Of a DNA stretch of 64,000 bases, positions 61,638 through 64,000 are shown one piece after another (position 1 is the stretch's first letter; every line of letters starts with the position of its first letter). Below the pieces are notes generated by a model. That model ran no database searches. It was given only the letters and a program-made list of their open reading frames with translations, and was not told where the DNA came from. This DNA is from Phallusia mammillata (taxonomy: Eukaryota). Made by a program: the position numbers and the translations under genes. The stretch spans positions 17,298,001 through 17,362,000 of the forward strand of contig OZ281497.1 in the NCBI GenBank assembly GCA_965637545.1, in the 5' to 3' direction.

Positions 61638-63834
61638 TTAGTCAGATCTTGCGCGTCCAGCAACCACCATTTCTTCAATTCCACACATATTTACTCCTCG
61701 TCGGATTTTGAATGTCCCTTTCGCTCCCCAATGTTTCCCCCATGTGTTCACAGCTAACCAGTATGGCAAACTATTTTCCTCACCCCAACCGATGATTCTG
61801 ACCGATTGTCCACCGACCTCGTCTCCAGCTAAGTGTTGATACACACCTACGAAAATATAATTTTGACTTTTTGTGGTTTAGCATATGAGTCGCAACCCAA
61901 ACTTAGGCTGCTCAAAAATTCTTTTGGGAAAACCGCTTTTGTCAGAAATGCACGTTTTAACTTCCTTTGGTAGCATTTTTTCTTATCCACGACTGACACC
62001 CTTGGCTGGGTAACAACAATTCCATAATAACTATAGAAGCTTTGTTTTTGTATGTGACGTAATAATTTAGTTGTTATAGCCTGCTGTGAAGTCTTGGCAA
62101 TTGTGACTCTTAATGCGTTAAATCCGCATTAAAGTTGGTATAAAATCAATCTACAAAATACAAATATGGGGGCATTAACATAGACGTCGCTGGGTGAACG
62201 AATCGATGTAAATTGTAATTGGACTGTATAGCTGTTTGGATCGCATACGCATACAGTATACACAGACCGACAAAGGCGATCTATATTACCTGACTTGTAA
62301 GTAAAGAAATCTTCATATACTGTAAAAGACGCTTGAACGGGTCCGTTTCGAATAATTTCGAGTTGGATCTGTTTGGGAACGCTGCTCACAGTGTAGGAAT
62401 TGACCCCATAATACTTCTGCTGATCGTAATCAAGCGATTTGTTACCAAGACATCTCGGCACGCATTTTGGCGTCGCAGGCGTGGTGGTGGTTTCTTTCTG
62501 CTTTCCTATACAAAATAACTGTGTAACATCTGTGAAATAAAAACGCTGTAACGTTTTTGTGTACAAACCAAACTATCGCTAAGTTGTAACGCAATTGAGT
62601 GATGTCCGATAACGAAAAATATGGAAACAAAAAACAGTCAAACCGAACACCTCGATATACCTTTTCCCATCCGTTGCAGTGGTTTAAAACTGTATGGTTG
62701 GCAATATGTGATGTCACCATATCCCAATCCAGTAACAACTCCATTCCACTGAAAGTAGTCCCAGGCAGCCAACGGATATCCACCATCACACCTAAGTTTT
62801 TTAATTCGAATCTGTTTCTTCCATTTTAAGTCAAAAATAGGCAACTTAATACAAGTTTTCCTGTCTTTTACCCAAATCCACATCTCCAACCGCAGCAAGT
62901 AAGCAGATCTTGGGCTGATATATGCGTCACAATTCGAGCTTGACTGAAGATGCACAGACGATCCGACATCGTTTGAGCTGCTATGATAGCCCATGATGCT
63001 TTGCATTTTCCCTGATGCAAGAGGAAGTTTTCTTGAATAAATTAAAACGCTTTTATATTAAGAAATCTTATACCTGGTCCATGACGCTGTTTATTGATGG
63101 ACAGTATGGCCAGTGACCTCGAGCATCAAATTCGGTTGGAAGGATAGTACGCAACTGCGGATCGTGGTATCTTAATTACAAATGATTTATTCGTTATATA
63201 TTTTAAAAAGTCCGTTTCTGATGTTTGTCGCGGATTTCAGTCGCAGTTGTAACCATTTTGTTTATAGCATTCGAAGTTGTAACTGGGAAAATCATACTTG
63301 TCGGTAAAACTTAACATTCTCTTTAAAAAGGCAGATTTTGAAAGATTAAAGGTTACGAAAAGTTTTTTGGGGTGCCTTTTTTCATTGATGCTCTAAGTAC
63401 GTGCTTACATTGCCTGGTGGTTTATCACTGCGCATTTTGGTATTGGCCAAAAACAATCTTACATGGTGGGGATAATTTTTCCTCCAGTCCACCGTTCACT
63501 TCTAACACCACTCAGATTTTTCAAATCTTCAAGACTGTAAAGATGCGGGTTGAAGTTGAATCCGGCCTAAAACACAACATTTATTTTTTGCCAACGTTAA
63601 AAGAGTCCATAAATGCTGGTATATTTGGTAAAATCGTTAATTACCTTTATAATAATCACATGGTTGTAGCAATGTCATACGCTTAATGTAAAGCTTATGT
63701 CGTACCTTCCAAGTGGACTGTCGCTTATTCACCAAGTTAATGAGTTGAAGTTGGTCGCCAACCACCAACAAAACAATTTCTGACATAACAGTGAAGAGTA
63801 CTGCAACATATTTACATCTTTCCATCTTATACAA
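61638..63834 (-). CDS. Cathepsin B-like pseudo-protease (intact ORF, catalytic residues replaced), 7 exons
   Basis: Same exon phases as the neighbouring CTSB; MDQGKCKASWAI (Cys29 to Ser), GGQSVRII (His199 to Gln), occluding loop PLQRMGKGKQKETTT. Start at 63834 or 63825. Confidence 0.88.
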
Positions 63835-64000
63835 AATTAGACTGCAAATTTATGGCCTGTTATTGATTAATATTGCAGGCAAGACATAAATAAAAACTAC
63901 ACAGTAAAATCTGGTTGCCTAACCTAAACAGTCTGATTCGCTGATATAAATGCTGCACCCTCAGGCCATTATCGAATCACGCAGGAATAAAACCAAATCC

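Noticed and set aside
61638-63834. Calling the inactive cathepsin TINAGL1
   Set aside because: No somatomedin-B-like N-terminal region; exon phases and propeptide match the adjacent CTSB, indicating a local duplicate.

Overview
Eukaryotic, AT-rich, intron-dense animal DNA, probably an ascidian/tunicate (inference from astacin+MAM+MATH meprins outside vertebrates, short GT-AG introns and a single multi-exon MAGE gene). Bases 4.0-35.4 kb hold a tandem array of five minus-strand, 15-exon meprin-like metalloprotease genes. Copies 1, 4 and 5 look intact; copies 2 and 3 each carry one frameshift. All five end in a GPI-signal-like tail instead of the vertebrate EGF+TM+cytosolic tail. The array grew by segmental duplication whose breakpoint falls inside the last exon of an unidentified plus-strand gene at the window start. 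To the right lie an orphan Ser/Arg-rich gene, a claudin-like gene, NSE3/MAGE, a cytosolic sulfotransferase, a decayed P-element-like transposase, V-ATPase subunit e (single coding exon), an intact cathepsin B, and an intact-ORF but catalytically dead cathepsin B paralog. Non-coding space is dense with hAT-like (8-bp TSD) and Mutator-like (9-bp TSD) MITEs, several nested, plus two ~150-bp TSD-flanked insertions carrying Penelope-type hammerhead ribozyme cores. All exon models were spliced and translated by hand; no database searches were run.
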